A stretch of 62,071 nt of DNA, filler included, from Chiloscyllium plagiosum (GCF_004010195.1; 5 parts of one record of this genome joined end to end with filler, not necessarily neighbours in it), one strand, 5' to 3'; counted from the first letter of the whole stretch, positions 12,004-25,261 are shown. Numbers and translations are program-made. The notes: generated by a model not told the origin, from the letters alone.

Positions 12004-12242
12004 TGAAATAACTCCCCAGAGCCCGGTAACCTATCAATAAGATATTATTTAATTACACGTAAAGAGTCCTCGACAATCATCTGGCTTCCTCAGAGGCTGG
12101 TCGCAGGGTGAAAACAGGGCCCCACCGGGCACTCCTGTTAATAGCTGTCAGTTTGGACTCCCAGATTGGCCCAGGTTAACTGCCCCAATGAGGAGGTTCA
12201 TGTTCGGTGGTCTACCAGGCTGACCACGTTCCAATCACTACA
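12004..12242 (-). mobile_element. Probable solo LTR (paralog 33430-33668)
   Basis: 239 bp with TG...CA termini (tgaaataac...tcactaca). Flanks attaa/tttaa fit an imperfect 5-bp TSD. Confidence 0.5.
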
Positions 12243-13131
12243 TTTAACTTTCGTGCTTATGTGGAATTCAATAGCTCAGAGAACTGTTGAGATTGGTTCA
12301 CTGTGTGCATTCAAGGATTAGATGGACCTTTTTAACCGGTAAGATAATCAAGTATAAAAGAGGAGATAGTGTACTTAACGGTTATCAGGTCAGCCAGAAA
12401 TGATCGAACAGCCTCGATGGGCTCAGTGGATACCTCTGCACCTTTGTCTTATTGTCTTATTCTCAGCAAAATCCTGGTAAATTTCTTCTTTCGCCAATCC
12501 CTGTAATCACAACAAACTTCTATTACGTTGTCTACAACTGCACACAATATTCCAGCTGAGGCGTAAGCAAAGTGTTGAACAGCTAAACAAAATATGCCTA
12601 CTCTTACAATCGATGTATTGAATAAAGTATCCCGTATGGATGCTGAGTTGTTTTCTTATATTCGGCTATCACATTCAGGGAATTGTCCATGTTCTGTCTT
12701 CCCAACTGCACAACTCTATCTGTCTCTCCACAAACCTTTGTGTTGTCTGCAAGGTTAGCCATGATAGCCTCAGCTCCTTTACGCGGATTATTAATACACT
12801 ACGTGTAGTTTGTCAATTTATCTCAGAAACACCAGTCATTCTGCTCCATCATCTTCCCTGCAGGACTCCCCTTCCACTTCACTGTGGCCAGCTCCTCCGC
12901 CATGTCGTCGTTGCTGTTTTTTGTCAACGGGATTATTAGATCTGATTCCATCTTCTCCCTCTCAAATTGAAAACTGACCGCGATCACATGATGTTTACTT
13001 CCCCCAGTGGTTCATTCACCTTCAGCTCTGTAATCATGTCTGCCTCATTTTACATCACCAAACCCAGAACTGTCATTTTCCCAATGGGTTCAACCGTTAG
13101 TTGGTCCAAACAAAATCTCGTTAACTTTCCA

Positions 13132-14567
13132 CAAATTCCATTTCCTGGGATCTGCTTCCAAACTGATTTTTACAGTCCACCTTGATGCTGAAGTCCTACG
13201 TCAATTCTTGCAGTAGTGCCTTTATCACATACCTTTACTATCTCCTGATTTATCTTCTGCCTCACAAACTGACTACTACAAACTTCCATTAGGACTTTTT
13301 CTTTTCATTTCCAGTTCCTTAAATGAGCCCACGTAGATTCTTTGCCTTCTCAACCTTATACCACAGTTCTTGCTATTAATTTAATTTAACTCTGATAGAG
13401 CAGGGATCTCGACCCACTCTGTCGATGCGTGTATCCTACAAAAGAGTATCCTATTCTTGAAATATTTATTTCCCAGCGCTGATCCTCGTGCAACTACGCC
13501 TCTAAGATATACACCACTTGGCACCCAGCAAATGCAATATGACCTACAAGTTTATTAACTCTACTTGTTGTCCTGGGTATGTTTAAGTACAAAACAATGC
13601 GTTAAATTTGTCCCTTCCTCTGCTTGATTCTTACCTACTGCATCTGAAAATAGATTACTGTCACGCCACATACGGTGCTGTCTGCACCGTTTCTTGTTCT
13701 GAAAACTTTATAAACCTCTCCTAAACTGTGCCCGCCTTTAATCAAAGGCAACGATGTAGATGCTGCAATTGGTTAGAAAAAAGGAAGGTAAGTCAAATGA
13801 AATGACAACATCGAATTGAAAGTGAAACACGATAACTTTCAAATGAATGCAAATTCCATTTCCTGGGATCTGCTTCCAATCTGATTTTTACAGTCCACCT
13901 TGATACTGAAGTCCTACGTTACTTTTTGCAGTAGTTCCTTTATCACATACCTTTACTATCTCCTGATTTATCTTCTGCCTCACAAACTGACTACTACAAA
14001 CTTCCATTAGGACTTTTTCTTTTCATTTCCAGTTCCTTAAATGAGCCCACGTAGATTCTTTGCCTTCTCAACCTTATACCACAGTTCTTGCTATTAATTT
14101 AATTTAACTCTGATAGAGCAGGGATCTCGACCCACTCTGTCGATGCGTGTATCCTACAAAAGAGTATCCTATTCTTGAAATATTTATTTCCCAGCGCTGA
14201 TCCTCGTGCAACTACGCCTCTAAGATATACACCACTTGGCACCCACCAAATGCAATATGACCTACAAGTTTATTAACTCTACTTGTTGTCCTGGGTATGT
14301 TTAAGTACAAAACAATGCGTTAAATTTGTCCCTTCCTCTGCTTGATTCTTACCTACTGCATCTGAAAATAGATTACTGTCACGCCACATACGGTGCTGTC
14401 TGCACCGTTTCTTGTTCTGAAAACTTTATAAACCTCTCCTAAACTGTGCCCGCCTTTAATCAAAGGCAACGATGTAGATGCTGCAATTGGTTAGAAAAAA
14501 GGAAGGTAAGTCAAATGAAATGACAACATCTAATTGAAAGTGAAACACGATAACTTTCAAATGAATG
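13132..14567. repeat. Two near-identical 718-bp tandem units containing a minus-strand CR1 endonuclease fragment
   Basis: caaattccatttcctgggatctgc starts at 13132 and at 13850. The paralogous region (about 34327-35038) has one unit. Confidence 0.95.
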
Positions 14568-15586
14568 CATGTCTTTGATTAGTATACTTACGATAGTTTT
14601 AAAATAATATTAACGTTTACATTTGATGGAATATATCATTCGGAGAGACGTTTATTATGTAAATGGTCCCTGAGCACATGTTGAAGAAAGCTAATATCGA
14701 AGGTTCCCGAGTGTTCTCTGGTCAGTGACATAAATCCAAGGGGTTAGCTGACTGAAACTTCATGTAACATTGATATCCGGACACCATCAGATCACAACTG
14801 ATGTTTTTGAATGATAGAGCAGATTGGAAGGACAGACTGATCTCACAATGCACTTGAAAAATATGCACTTGTGCGTTTGAAAAAAACAAATAGTATCTGC
14901 CCAATTCGTGTGTCGCATATGGGGGAAGTGGGTTGTTTCCTGAAACTAGGAATTGTCTAGAACATCATCTGAAATGTTCGATGAATGACATCATCGAGAA
15001 GTTCAGGAAGTGGCATTCTCTCCAACATTCTCGAAATGACATTCACCAATTTAATTGAACAAATGATTAGATACCGACGGAAGAGATGCCATTACAGGGA
15101 GAGGTGGACACTGTTAACAAGTAACCTCGGGCATTTGAAGGGGTGAATGCGTTTTCCATGCATTTATAATTCTTCACGACAGAGGATTGAGGACAATTTA
15201 GACGAGAAGAAAGATATTTCAGAACTCCGTTTTACTTCGAGGAATTGTGAGAAAATCGTTCGTGCTGACAATGCTTTCCCCTTCCGCATTAAGAACAGTG
15301 ATGTCGTAATCCATGTCTATTGTCGAGTGACCAACTGTGTGGAAATGTTCGAGATACAGTCTGTTCTTATGGTTGTATGTCTGTGTGTTTTGGAAGGGTG
15401 TCTTTCTTATCCTTTGCATCACATTTATTTAAGAAATTCAGAACTTCCCATTTGTAATTTCAGCTGTTATTATTTCAATAAATCTCTGATTACAGTGAAA
15501 CTTTTTATGTCTCCATTTTTCCTCAATCGAACTGGTAAATAAGCCCCCAGGGTGATGTATAATTTGTTTGTTTTCTATGCTTACAG

Positions 15587-16474
15587 TTCATGTATTGATG
15601 ATCTTCGTCCTGCTTTATAAAGATTGTGGAATGTCTCGATGTGTTAAACGTTACCTGGGAGCGATGGCGGTGGCGGATCTACTGTTCATTAATTTGGACC
15701 TGAGATTGATACACATTCCCATTGCTTATCAAGAACATTTTCATTTCATGGAGTCCATTCCTGTGTGCAATATTCACGCCGTCCTGCTTTATGCAGGCAC
15801 TGACTGTTTAGCCTGGTTCACCGTCACTTTCACCTTTGATAGAGTTGTGGCCGTTTGTTGCCAGAAGCTGAAAGTTAAATATTGCAGTGAGAAAATGGCG
15901 GCTGTGGTTCTGGGAACAGTGACTGTGCTGAGCTGTTTAAAGAACATTTTCTGGTATTTTATGCTCGCACCTCGGTATTGGCTGCAGAACACACCCTGGT
16001 TTTGTGATGGAAAATTAAACGTTCGTTCCTCTCTTGTGTGGGTCACTATCGAGATTCTCCACCACATTCTGAATCCAGCTCTCCCATTTCTACTGATTCT
16101 GTTGCTCAATGTTTTAACAATCCGACACGTTTTGGTGATAAGCAGAGCCTGCAGGAGACTCCGTTCTCACAGAAATGGGGGTGTTCAGTGTGACACACAA
16201 ATGCAAAACCGAAAAAACTCCATCACGTTACTCTTTATGATCTCAGTCAATTTTATCTTATTATGGTCAGCGTTATTGGTGCATACTATATGGTTCCGGA
16301 TGTGATGGTTTGTTGTACGACTTGGTGTATCTACATCCCTTTTTGCTGGAAATAGGTTTCATGCTGCAGCTCCTCAGTTGCTGCAAAAACAATGCAATAT
16401 ATTTCGTGACACAGACGAAGTTCAGACAACAACTGAAGACTCTGTTGAAATATCCCTTTACCCAAATTCATTAA
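15587..16474 (+). pseudogene. GPR139/GPR142-like class A GPCR, main coding exon, disrupted
   Basis: Splice acceptor ttacag| at 15585-15586. KDCGMSRCVKRYLGAMAVADLL (TM2), VCNIH, WFTVTFTFDRVVAVCCQKLKVKYCSEK (TM3, DRY variant), LPFLLILLLNVLTIRH (TM5), NRKNSITLL (TM6). TGA at 16303-16305, then a frameshift to EIGFMLQLLSCCKNNAIYFVTQTKFRQQLK (TM7/helix 8) ending TAA at 16472-16474. Exon 1 not located. Confidence 0.88.
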
Positions 16475-17849
16475 AGAATCATATTCACTCATTAATAACT
16501 CCATCCAGGTTTTTCTCGCATCAGTTCAATATTTCAGCAATGAAGCAGCCTGTCGCTATATTACCAAACTGAGGACAATGCTGGTTTGTCCAATGTTATC
16601 GCACAGTTAGTGACAGTGGCACATTTCAATGTTTCTCGCAACTCAGAGGCCAACGAGAAGAGGCACCATCCCATTGATTGTATCCATGATTTCAATTTGT
16701 AATTAATAGAATTGGTCATTTAAAAGTGCCAAGCTGCAGACTGAATGATATTGTTGTTTGTCTTTGTGTTGAAGAAGCTGAGCTAGAAAGAGGCTGAGTC
16801 GGCCCCGTTGCCTGTTCCTCAGGGAAGGGGAGGGGAGCTGGGCAGAGGAGTTGGGCTTAAGGAATTCTGTCCTTGCTTTCACTTCTGGATGAATCACGTC
16901 GACCTGGCCTCGGCATAATGCATCTCTCTTCCTTGTTTCATCACCTTCCATATCGCCCTCCCACTCTCACGAAGGCCTTCCCTCTCTCCTCCCAATTTCT
17001 CTCCCTTTTTCAAAGTCCCTCTCTACCTCATTCTGTTTCACTCTCTTTGCTTCCTGCACTGACGAACAGCCAGCCAATGCCCGTCAGTCCCGGTTTATTC
17101 AAACGTTCTATGCTTCTATTCCTTAAGTCCTGTCTAACCTTCTTTTGGCACAGGGCCACACAGTTTGGTGTGGAGCCACAGAATATGCCTGGGGAGAAGA
17201 ATGTGGCAGAGGACAAAAACTGTTGGTAAAGGAACAGATTGGTGGTAGCGCTGCAAGCTGTTGGTTGGAGAAGAAAAATGATTTTGGGTGAACAATATTG
17301 TGTTCAGGCTATATGTCAGTGTCTTTTGGACAGTGTTGGATGGGGTCACAGGCTGCTGCGAGGGCAAATCTCCAGATTTGGGAAAAGATTGAATATTTTG
17401 ATCTGTCAGGGTTAAACATCGAGTCACTGAAGGAGAAAACAGTGAAAGCAGATTGTGGTTGTGACAGCTAGAAAGGCAAACAGTAAATTAGACTTGAGAT
17501 ATGCAATCCGGAAGAGTGGAGCTGCGAATGTGATTGGACAACTGGAGCAATAACAGGAGCAGGCAGCTCGAGAAATATTCCAGACTGAATGTTGAGCGAG
17601 GACAGTACATCATTTCACCTGCTGGGGGGAGCTATCTGTTTCCATTCTCAACAGAAGTATCCAGTTGATGAACAATCGTTTTGATTTCATTTGATTTATT
17701 GTTGTCAAGTTTTCCGGCGTACAGGCTGATGATTCTGGTGTATCTTCTTATTGTGCCCTCTTCCTGAGGATCTCAGCTTCATGCATATCAGTCTTGAACT
17801 AATCATTTTCACTCCACGCAATGTTAGGAAATAGCTGAAGGAACTGGAA

Positions 17850-19550
17850 ATCACAGAAGCTGCAGACTTGAGAACCGTCTAGCAAAAACAACGATTTCCA
17901 CGTGCACTATTAAAAGTGTAGGAGCAAACCTAAGGAGATGGGTCACGCAGATAAAGCTAAAGATAATCTCAAGAGATTCTAAAGCTATATTAAGAGTAAG
18001 GGTTTGGCGAGAGAAATCATAAGTCCTCTTAAAGATCTGCATGGACGTCTATATGTGCTTAACTGGCGATGGATGACATTTTATATTATTATTCATCCTC
18101 AGCATTTACCGAGGAGAGAATAATGTGTGCCAAAGAACTAAGGGAACCAAGCAGTGATGTTTTGGATCATATACATAGTATCAGAGAATCGGTCTTTGCA
18201 GCCCAAAAGCACATTGAAGTGAATAAATCGCCCTATGCCTGACCAAGGCCATCCTCATTTGTTGTAGGAGGCTAAGGAATAAATTGAAGAGGCCTTTCTA
18301 GAGGTGTTTGCTTCATCGTTCCCCGCTGGTGACGTTCCAGAAGACTGGAAGGTGGTTAATGTTGTTCCATTGCTTTAGTAACGTATCAAAGACAGGACAG
18401 GGATCTGCATGCCAGTGAGCCCAATATCAGTGGTAGGCACGTTGTTGGACAGGATACTGAGGGACAGGAACAACCAAAATGTGGATTGTTTAGGTCTGAT
18501 GAGCGGTCATCAACATGGATTTATGCGTGGGACGTCATGACTGACAAATCATGAAGAGTGTTTTTCGAATAGCTAACCAAGAGGACAGATGACGGTTGGG
18601 CAGTAGATGTTGTCTGTACGGACTTCCGTATCGTCTTTGATAAGGTATCACATGGCATTCCAGTCATGGAGATTAGGTCATTTAGGATCCAGGGAGAGTT
18701 AACGAATTGGAATCAAAATTGGATTGACGATAGGAAGCAGTGCTTGATTTTTGAAGTTTTGTTTCGCAGACTGCAGACCTGCGACTAGTGGTGTGCCCCA
18801 CGGTTCGATGCTGGGACCTTTGTTTTTAATATTTAAATAAATTACCAGGAACTGAATGTACAAGGCATGATTAGAAAGTTTGCCATCTATGCAATCCATG
18901 AACATACCGCTAATAGTAAGGAAAGTTATCAGAAGCCACAAAGAGATCTTGATAACGTGGGAAGTGCGCTGAGGTTTGGCAAATAAAATTCAATACAGAG
19001 CAGTGTGCAGTTTAACACTTTGGAATTTCAACTAATGTTAGGACTTATACGGTCAATGGTAAAGTCCTGAGGATTGTTGTGGAACAGAGGGAATTCAGAG
19101 CATAAGTACGTAGTTCATTGAAAGTGGCATTGCAAGAAGGCAGGGTTTATTCATTGAAAAGTAGGTGAATGAGCGGTGATCATATTGAGCATATAAAATC
19201 ATGAGGGGCATTAATGGGATGAATGCCGATAGTATTTCTTCTTTCCAGGAATGGGGAATTGAGAACGAGAGGGCATAGGTTTAATGTGACAGGGCATAGA
19301 TTTAATAAGAATCTGAGGGGCAACTACATAACGCACAGAGTGCTACATATTTGGAATGGGCTGCCAGAGAAAATGGTTAACACTGTTGCAATAGTAACAT
19401 TGTCAAAACATTTCAATAGATATATGCAGTGAAAGGGTTTAGATGGATATGGACTAAATGCAGGCAATTGGAATTAGCTGTCTGGACACAATGGTAAAAA
19501 TGTACCAATTTGGGCTAAAGTGCCTCTATCTATGTTGTATTACTCGATGT
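17850..19550 (+). mobile_element. Old CR1 LINE ORF2 (RT) and 3' end (paralog about 38340-39655)
   Basis: PEDWKVVNVVPL, QHGFMRGTS and SGVPHGSMLGPL motifs with many stops; CR1 3' UTR near 19450-19550. Confidence 0.8.
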
Positions 19551-20560
19551 CTATCCCTCTATAACACAGAAGATTCACGTTCCATAACTGGACATGTTAC
19601 AAATCAACCTGTGCAAATAAACCTACTAAATTGGCACCTACGCAGCAATATGGGAAGTTGCCAAACAGTGTTCTGAACAAAAAAAACAGGAAAAATCCAC
19701 TCGAGTTAATTTGTATCCAACGAGTTATCTTTCAATCATTAAAGAAATGAAGGCGGGTTCGTGGACAGTGCTCTGAAGCAACACATTTTCAACAGTAAGC
19801 TGCTCGCTGACACTCAGTGTCTTCGAGCATTAGCTGTCTATTCTCATCGTGCCGATTTGCTTCTTGTATTTGCTTGCTCGCTTCCCTTACGAATATTCCA
19901 ACAGGAAGCTCGTGTTCTAACATGATCAGATCAACGATGAGATTTCCAATTGTGGCCAGACTCGGGGCCTTGGGAAGGGAGTGAGAGTGGTGGAGAGAGA
20001 GAAAACAGAAAGAGTTAGATACAGAGAGAGATGGAGACAGAGAATGGAAGAGGAAGAGAAACAGGAAGGAAAAGAGAGGGGGCAAAGGGACGAAGAAAGG
20101 GAGACGGAGATGGAAAGACAGAAATGTTCCGGATCTCAATCCCGATTTCTCCCGCATGCTTAAAGTGATACAATACCCGCCTCTGATGGACAGTCTAAAT
20201 CACGGCAAAGAGGATGGTGACGTCTGAAAACCATTAGCTGATCAGTCTCAGAGTGTGTGAGAAAGAAATGATCAACAGAGGCCGACACACAAACTTGGAC
20301 CCAAACTGTACTGATGTGGAGTGGATTGCTATTGTACTGAATCTTTTCAGTGAGAAAGATGCTCATCCTCACAAACGCATGTCTTCCCTCTGCGATGTGT
20401 AATTGATTTGTCTTTGCGCAGATTTCGTGCCATTATACATTTTAATTAATTTTGCGTGCTGAAATTTATTCCACTTTCTGAAATTTCTAAGGTTTTGTAA
20501 TTTACTCATTCAGTTTCTAAATGAGAAATGAATTCAAAAATTGATGGAGTGAGACCATCA

Positions 20561-20650
20561 GTTGAAAAATATGGTGCTGAGAAGACACAGCCGGCCAGGC
20601 AGCATCCGAGGTGCAGGGGAATCGACGTTTCGGGCATAAGCCCTTCTTGA
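20561..20650 (-). mobile_element. 90-bp Penelope-type terminal-repeat insertion with a 15-bp TSD and hammerhead remnant
   Basis: GGAGTGAGACCATCA at 20546-20560 and 20651-20665. Minus strand reads tcaagaagggcttatgcccgaaacgtcg (stem II GGGC-TTAT-GCCC plus GAAAC). Confidence 0.8.
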
Positions 20651-20919
20651 GGAGTGAGACCATCATTTTGTTTGTTCATTTCCCTCCGCTCATATTGAGC
20701 AATATTGATTGGACAAACTACTCTTTGTCTCCAAAGATGTTGTTTGAAGAAGAAATAATTGAGTAACCTCGGAGATTGACAGCTTTTAATGCTTTCTCCA
20801 AACAAACAGTCACCTTGTGTAGTGGCATTGCGAGGCCACTAGAAGATGGTAGCAAATCACGTTAAATACCAAAAGTAGAGATTCTGAGCTTTTGATGGCA
20901 TCGCACAGAGAATTGGGCT

Positions 20920-21500
20920 CAGTAACTCACACAGACACTGAGATACGCACTAATCCACACTCTAATATACACGAACTCACACACACACGCAGCTACAAAC
21001 ACACAAAGGTTGTTTGACAGAGATAGACACGCACACAGACACACATATAGGCATATATATATATACACAAACACATGTACAGGTATGATTCGGAGATGCC
21101 GGTGTTGGATTGGGATGTACAAAGTTAAAACTCACACAACACCAGGCTATAGTCCAATAGGTTTAATTGGAAGCACACCAGCTTTCGGAGCGACGCTCCT
21201 TCATCAGGTGATTGACAATCACCTGATGAAGGAGCATCGCTCCGAAAGCTAGTGTGCTTCCAATTAAACCTGTTGGACGAGAACCTGGTGTTGTGTGATT
21301 TTTAAATTTACAGATAGACATGGAGACACACACAAGCACACACGGAAACCTGTAGACACACTGACAAGCACATGTACACACAGAAATGATACACACAGTG
21401 ACACACAAACACAGAAACACAGAAGCATATAGACCCACTGAAACATGCATACATACTGGCAAACACACATGTAGAGATACACAAAAACAAACAGATACAG
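20920..21500. repeat. Degenerate (CA)n-rich low-complexity tract
   Basis: Long run of acacac/acagac variants, interrupted by the 21085-21305 element. Confidence 0.85.
21085..21305. mobile_element. Second fold-back Penelope-derived element (same family as 3773-3996, opposite orientation)
   Basis: Hairpin centre tcatcaggtgattg-a-caatcacctgatga. CTGATGA (21223-21229) and GAAA (21244-21247) on the plus strand, with the mirror core on the minus strand; both have a GGAGC/GCTCC stem II. Confidence 0.85.
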
Positions 21501-22321
21501 ACTGGTGTAGTAACTGGCCTAGCCCTGAGTTTAACCAACACTAACACAAGTAGATAGTCAGACAATTCCCAGATAGTAGTGATAAAATGTTACGAGGAAG
21601 TGGAACTGTACTGCAATGTCTCTCACACTATAATCAGGAAAGGTGTAATGGTGTTTGATAAATTCATGACCATTTATGAAATATGTAAACATCCGGTTGC
21701 ACAATAGATCCACTTAATCCCTTGATGTGTATCTGTGAAACGGATTGATGCCAATTCTCAGAAACACAATTAAGTAATCTCACTGAGTGTATTTCTTCAT
21801 TTCAGTCCCACTCACACCTCGTGTTGCTCTGTGTGAAAATACTATGCTCTACGTTGGTATAAACCTCAGTTGTGTGGATGCAGAAGACAATGTTCCCTTC
21901 TGTAAATAAAAATGTGTTTTGGCCCTAGGTTGATACTGAAGTTTTGTCTCTGTGTAGATGTCGTGTTTGGGCTTTATTTGTGTATATGTGAGAGCTTGTT
22001 CTTGTATGAGGGTGTGAGGTACAAAGGACAATCTAATCGAAACTGCTGAACTGCTGTTCTCTGTCATACGTCCTCCCTCTTCCTTCTATCTCACTAAAAG
22101 CCTCTTGGTTTGCTCCGTAACTGGCAGAGTTGTGTTCCAGGTAGAGAGACCTAGGAATAGGCTGGATAAACTGTGATTTGTGAGGAGTCAGGGATTTGAA
22201 TGATAGACCTGGGGGTTTATAAACGAGGTTCTGGCATCCTTATTTGCTTTTGTCATGTGACGGAGAAAGAGATGGGCATCAGAGAGTTTGTGTGTGTGTT
22301 CGTGTGTGTATGTGTGTCTGT

Positions 22322-23010
22322 TTAACATAGAAAATAGAACATTCCAGTGCAGTACAGGCCCTTCGGCCCTCGATGTTGCGCCGATCTGAAACTCATCTAG
22401 CCTACATTATTCCATGTACGTCCATATGCTTGTCCAATGATGACTTAAATGTACTTAAAGTTGGCGATTCTACTACCGTTGCAGGCAAAGCATTCCATAT
22501 CCTTACTACTCTCTGAGTAAAGAAACTACATCTGAAATCTGTCCTCTTTCTACAAGTTAAAGCTATGCCCCCTCGTGCTCGCCGTCACCATTCTCGGAAA
22601 AAGGCTCTCCCTATCCACCCAACCTAACCCTCTGATGATCTTGTATGTCTCTATTATGTCACCTCTCAACATTCTTCTCCCTAACGAAAACAGCCTCAAG
22701 TCCTTCAGCCTTTCCTCGTATGACCTTCCCTCCTTACCAGACAACCTCGTAGTAAATCTCCTCTGCACCCTTTCCAAAGCATCCACTTCCTTCTTATAAT
22801 GCAGTGACCAGAACTGGACACAATACTCCAAGTGTGGCCCCACCATAGCTTTATACAGCTGTAGCATAACCTCAAGGTTCCGGAACTCGATCGTTCTCTT
22901 AATACAAGCCAAAACACTGCATGCCTTCATAACAACCCTGTCAACCTGGGTAGCAACTTTCAAGGATCTGTGTTCCTGGATACCGAGATCTCTCTGCTCA
23001 TCTACACTAC
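22322..23010 (-). mobile_element. Relatively young 5'-truncated CR1 LINE
   Basis: ORF 22550-23071 includes DEQRDLGI...LYKAMVGPHLEYCVQFWS...LERVQRRFT...LRGDIIETYKI...TRGHS. (catagaa)-type tail at about 22325. Confidence 0.9.
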
Positions 23011-23944
23011 TGTTTGTGAGAGAGAAAGATTTTGTCGCTACTGTTGGAATCTTAATGTCAGGTTTGATCATTTACACTCACCCCACCCCTCCATGAATCA
23101 GGGTCTGTCCCTCATGGTCGAGAGAACGTTTGTGAAAAGATGTGGAATGAGAAAGAGAGAGACAGAAAGAGAGAGAAAGTAAAAGAGAGCTGAGAGCCAC
23201 AGTAAAGGTGAACAGCAAGACATTCAGTCTGTGCCCACCTTGAAATCCTGGTTCTTGCTGGGCTTTCTTTCCACACCGACCACCTCCCCCCATCTCTCTC
23301 TCTGTCTCTCTGGCTCTTACTGTCATTCTCTGTAGTTGTGTCTCTTTCTTGTCAATGGTCTTTCCTCGTGCCTCTCAATTCATTTTTCTCTTATCCCGTT
23401 CTCTCGTTTTCGCTCTTGTGTCTGTCATTGTCTCTCACACGCTAGACTGCCTTTGTTTTGATCTCTCTCTCTCTCTCTCTCTCTCTTTATCACTGATTCC
23501 ATTCAAGTGACTCTCTCTGGTCGCCACTTCTGTTTTCGTTGCTCTGTCACTCGCTTTTCTATTTTCTTTATATTTCTCTTTTCAACTTTCTGCATTTGTC
23601 TCTTTCTTTTTAGCTTTCTTTCAGTCTTTGTACAATTGGCTGCCCTCCAACATACAGCCCTCTCAATATTACCCACACCGTTTATTTTACCACCTAGTCA
23701 TTTTCCCAAATTTTCAACCAAATATTCACCCTGCACATTTCCCCAAACGAATATTACCCTCCCGCAGACATGGCCTCCCGGCAATTTGCATCATTTCGAT
23801 TTGTCCCTCTCCAGTAATTCCTCAACAATGTTTTGACCCGAAGTATTGCCCCCATGTCTGTATAAACTTCCCGCTAAATATTGCACTTCCGAAAAATATT
23901 ATATGCACCGCATAAATATTTTACTCACAAGACAAATAACACGT

Positions 23945-25261
23945 ATAACCTAGAACCGTATGGCACAGTAAACGATCATTGAACCTCAACGATATGCCGT
24001 CCTTTTGGCGTACTCTAAGATCAAACTAACTGACATAAATTTCACTTTACTTTCATCCATGTAAATATCCAGGAGTTGGCTAAATGTCCCGAAGGTATCT
24101 GACTGGACAACCACCACTGATGGTGCATTCCACGCGTCCCGCACTCTCTGTGGAAATAAATCAGCTCTGACATTTTCCCTAAATCTGCCTTCAATCATCT
24201 TAAAATTACAACCATGCGTGATAGCTATTTGTGTCATGGCAAGAAGTGCCGAATTAGCCACTCTATCTCGGCATTCCATCTTCTTTTAGACCTTTGTCAA
24301 ATCACCCCACAACTTTCTTCGAGATAATGAGAAAGCCGCAATTCCTCATAAGTCCTCCCAGTACCAGGGACCCGGTTAGGATTCCAGCATCGGGTGACTG
24401 CCCGTGTAGAGTTTGCACAATCTTCACGTATCTCCATGCGTTTGCTCCCGTTGCCCCTGTTTCCTTCCACAATATGAGGATGTGCAGGTTCGGTGAATTT
24501 GCCATGCTAAATTGATCATAATGTTTAGTGAAGTGTCGGTTAGATTCATCTCTCTTGGAAAATAAAGTGTGGGTGCGGGGGTCTGAGTTGGTTCCTCTTC
24601 GGAGCGTCTGTGTGGACTTGTTTTGGCGAAAGGGCCTGTTTCCACACTGCAGTGATTCTAGGATTCCAGGATTCTTCATAAGACATGACCTCCATTCAAA
24701 GCAGCGATCCGTTAAATCTCCTCTCCAACCTCTCTACAACTTACACAGCCTTCCTTGAATGGGATGACTAGAACGAAACACAGTTTTCCAAGTATGATCT
24801 AATCAGTGCTCTATACAGCTTTAGCATAACCACTTCAACTTAATCCCACGCTAATGAAAGCCAAGAGCCCATTTGTAACTTTAGAAACGCTATCGACTTG
24901 GGTTGCAACTTTGAGGGATCTCCGGACTCTCCTCCACACTGCCATGAATCACGACTCTAAACCTTGAACGGCATTCAAATTCGAACTTCCAAAAAGAATC
25001 CCTTCTCACTTCTCCCGTTTGAACTCCACTGGTCACTTCTGAACCCAGTTCATCATCCTGTCAATGTATCGTTGCAACGTTTAACAGCTCTTCATACTAT
25101 CGATCACTGCACCAACCTTCGTGTCATTAGTACACAATACTAATCCACCCTTCCACTTCCACATCCCAGTCATTTATCAAACTCAGTAAAAGCCGAGATC
25201 GCACAACAGATCCTTATGTAACACCACAAGTCAACGAGTTCCACAGTTAATTTTTTCATCT
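23945..25261 (-). mobile_element. Degenerate CR1 LINE 3' portion interrupted by a SINE
   Basis: THGCNFK...FPQRVRDAWNA motif in ORF 23986-24279; RT C-terminal-like sequence resumes after about 24690. Confidence 0.7.
24350..24665 (+). mobile_element. HE1/V-SINE, 5'-truncated
   Basis: gggacccgg...gattcc, gtagagtttgcaca, gatgtgcaggtt...gccatgctaaattg V-domain, and a CR1-like tail aagggcctgtttccacactg. Confidence 0.75.

Larger units (their letters stand above)
5841..19145 (+). repeat. Segmental duplication copy A (paralog of 27359-39632)
   Basis: Colinear, roughly 95% identical by eye from tatattctg.cgatttctgaattaccagaatg to gcaagaaggcagggt. Many matching ORF-track translations, e.g. 7305 vs 28849, 9493 vs 31696, 16873 vs 37344. 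Confidence 0.97.

Noticed and set aside
15568..16305. 245-aa ORF as an intact GPCR gene
   Set aside because: The start is a non-ATG codon upstream of the splice acceptor, and the ORF ends at a premature TGA before TM7, which lies in another frame.
21393..21425. CACAGTG heptamer as a possible V(D)J recombination signal
   Set aside because: No proper ACAAAAACC nonamer at 12 or 23 bp spacing, it lies in a CA-rich tract, and there are no Ig/TCR segments nearby.
19789..23836. Hydrophobic or Cys/Val-rich ORFs (19789, 20919, 21163, 21264, 23507)
   Set aside because: Translations of CT-, GA- and CA-rich low-complexity DNA.
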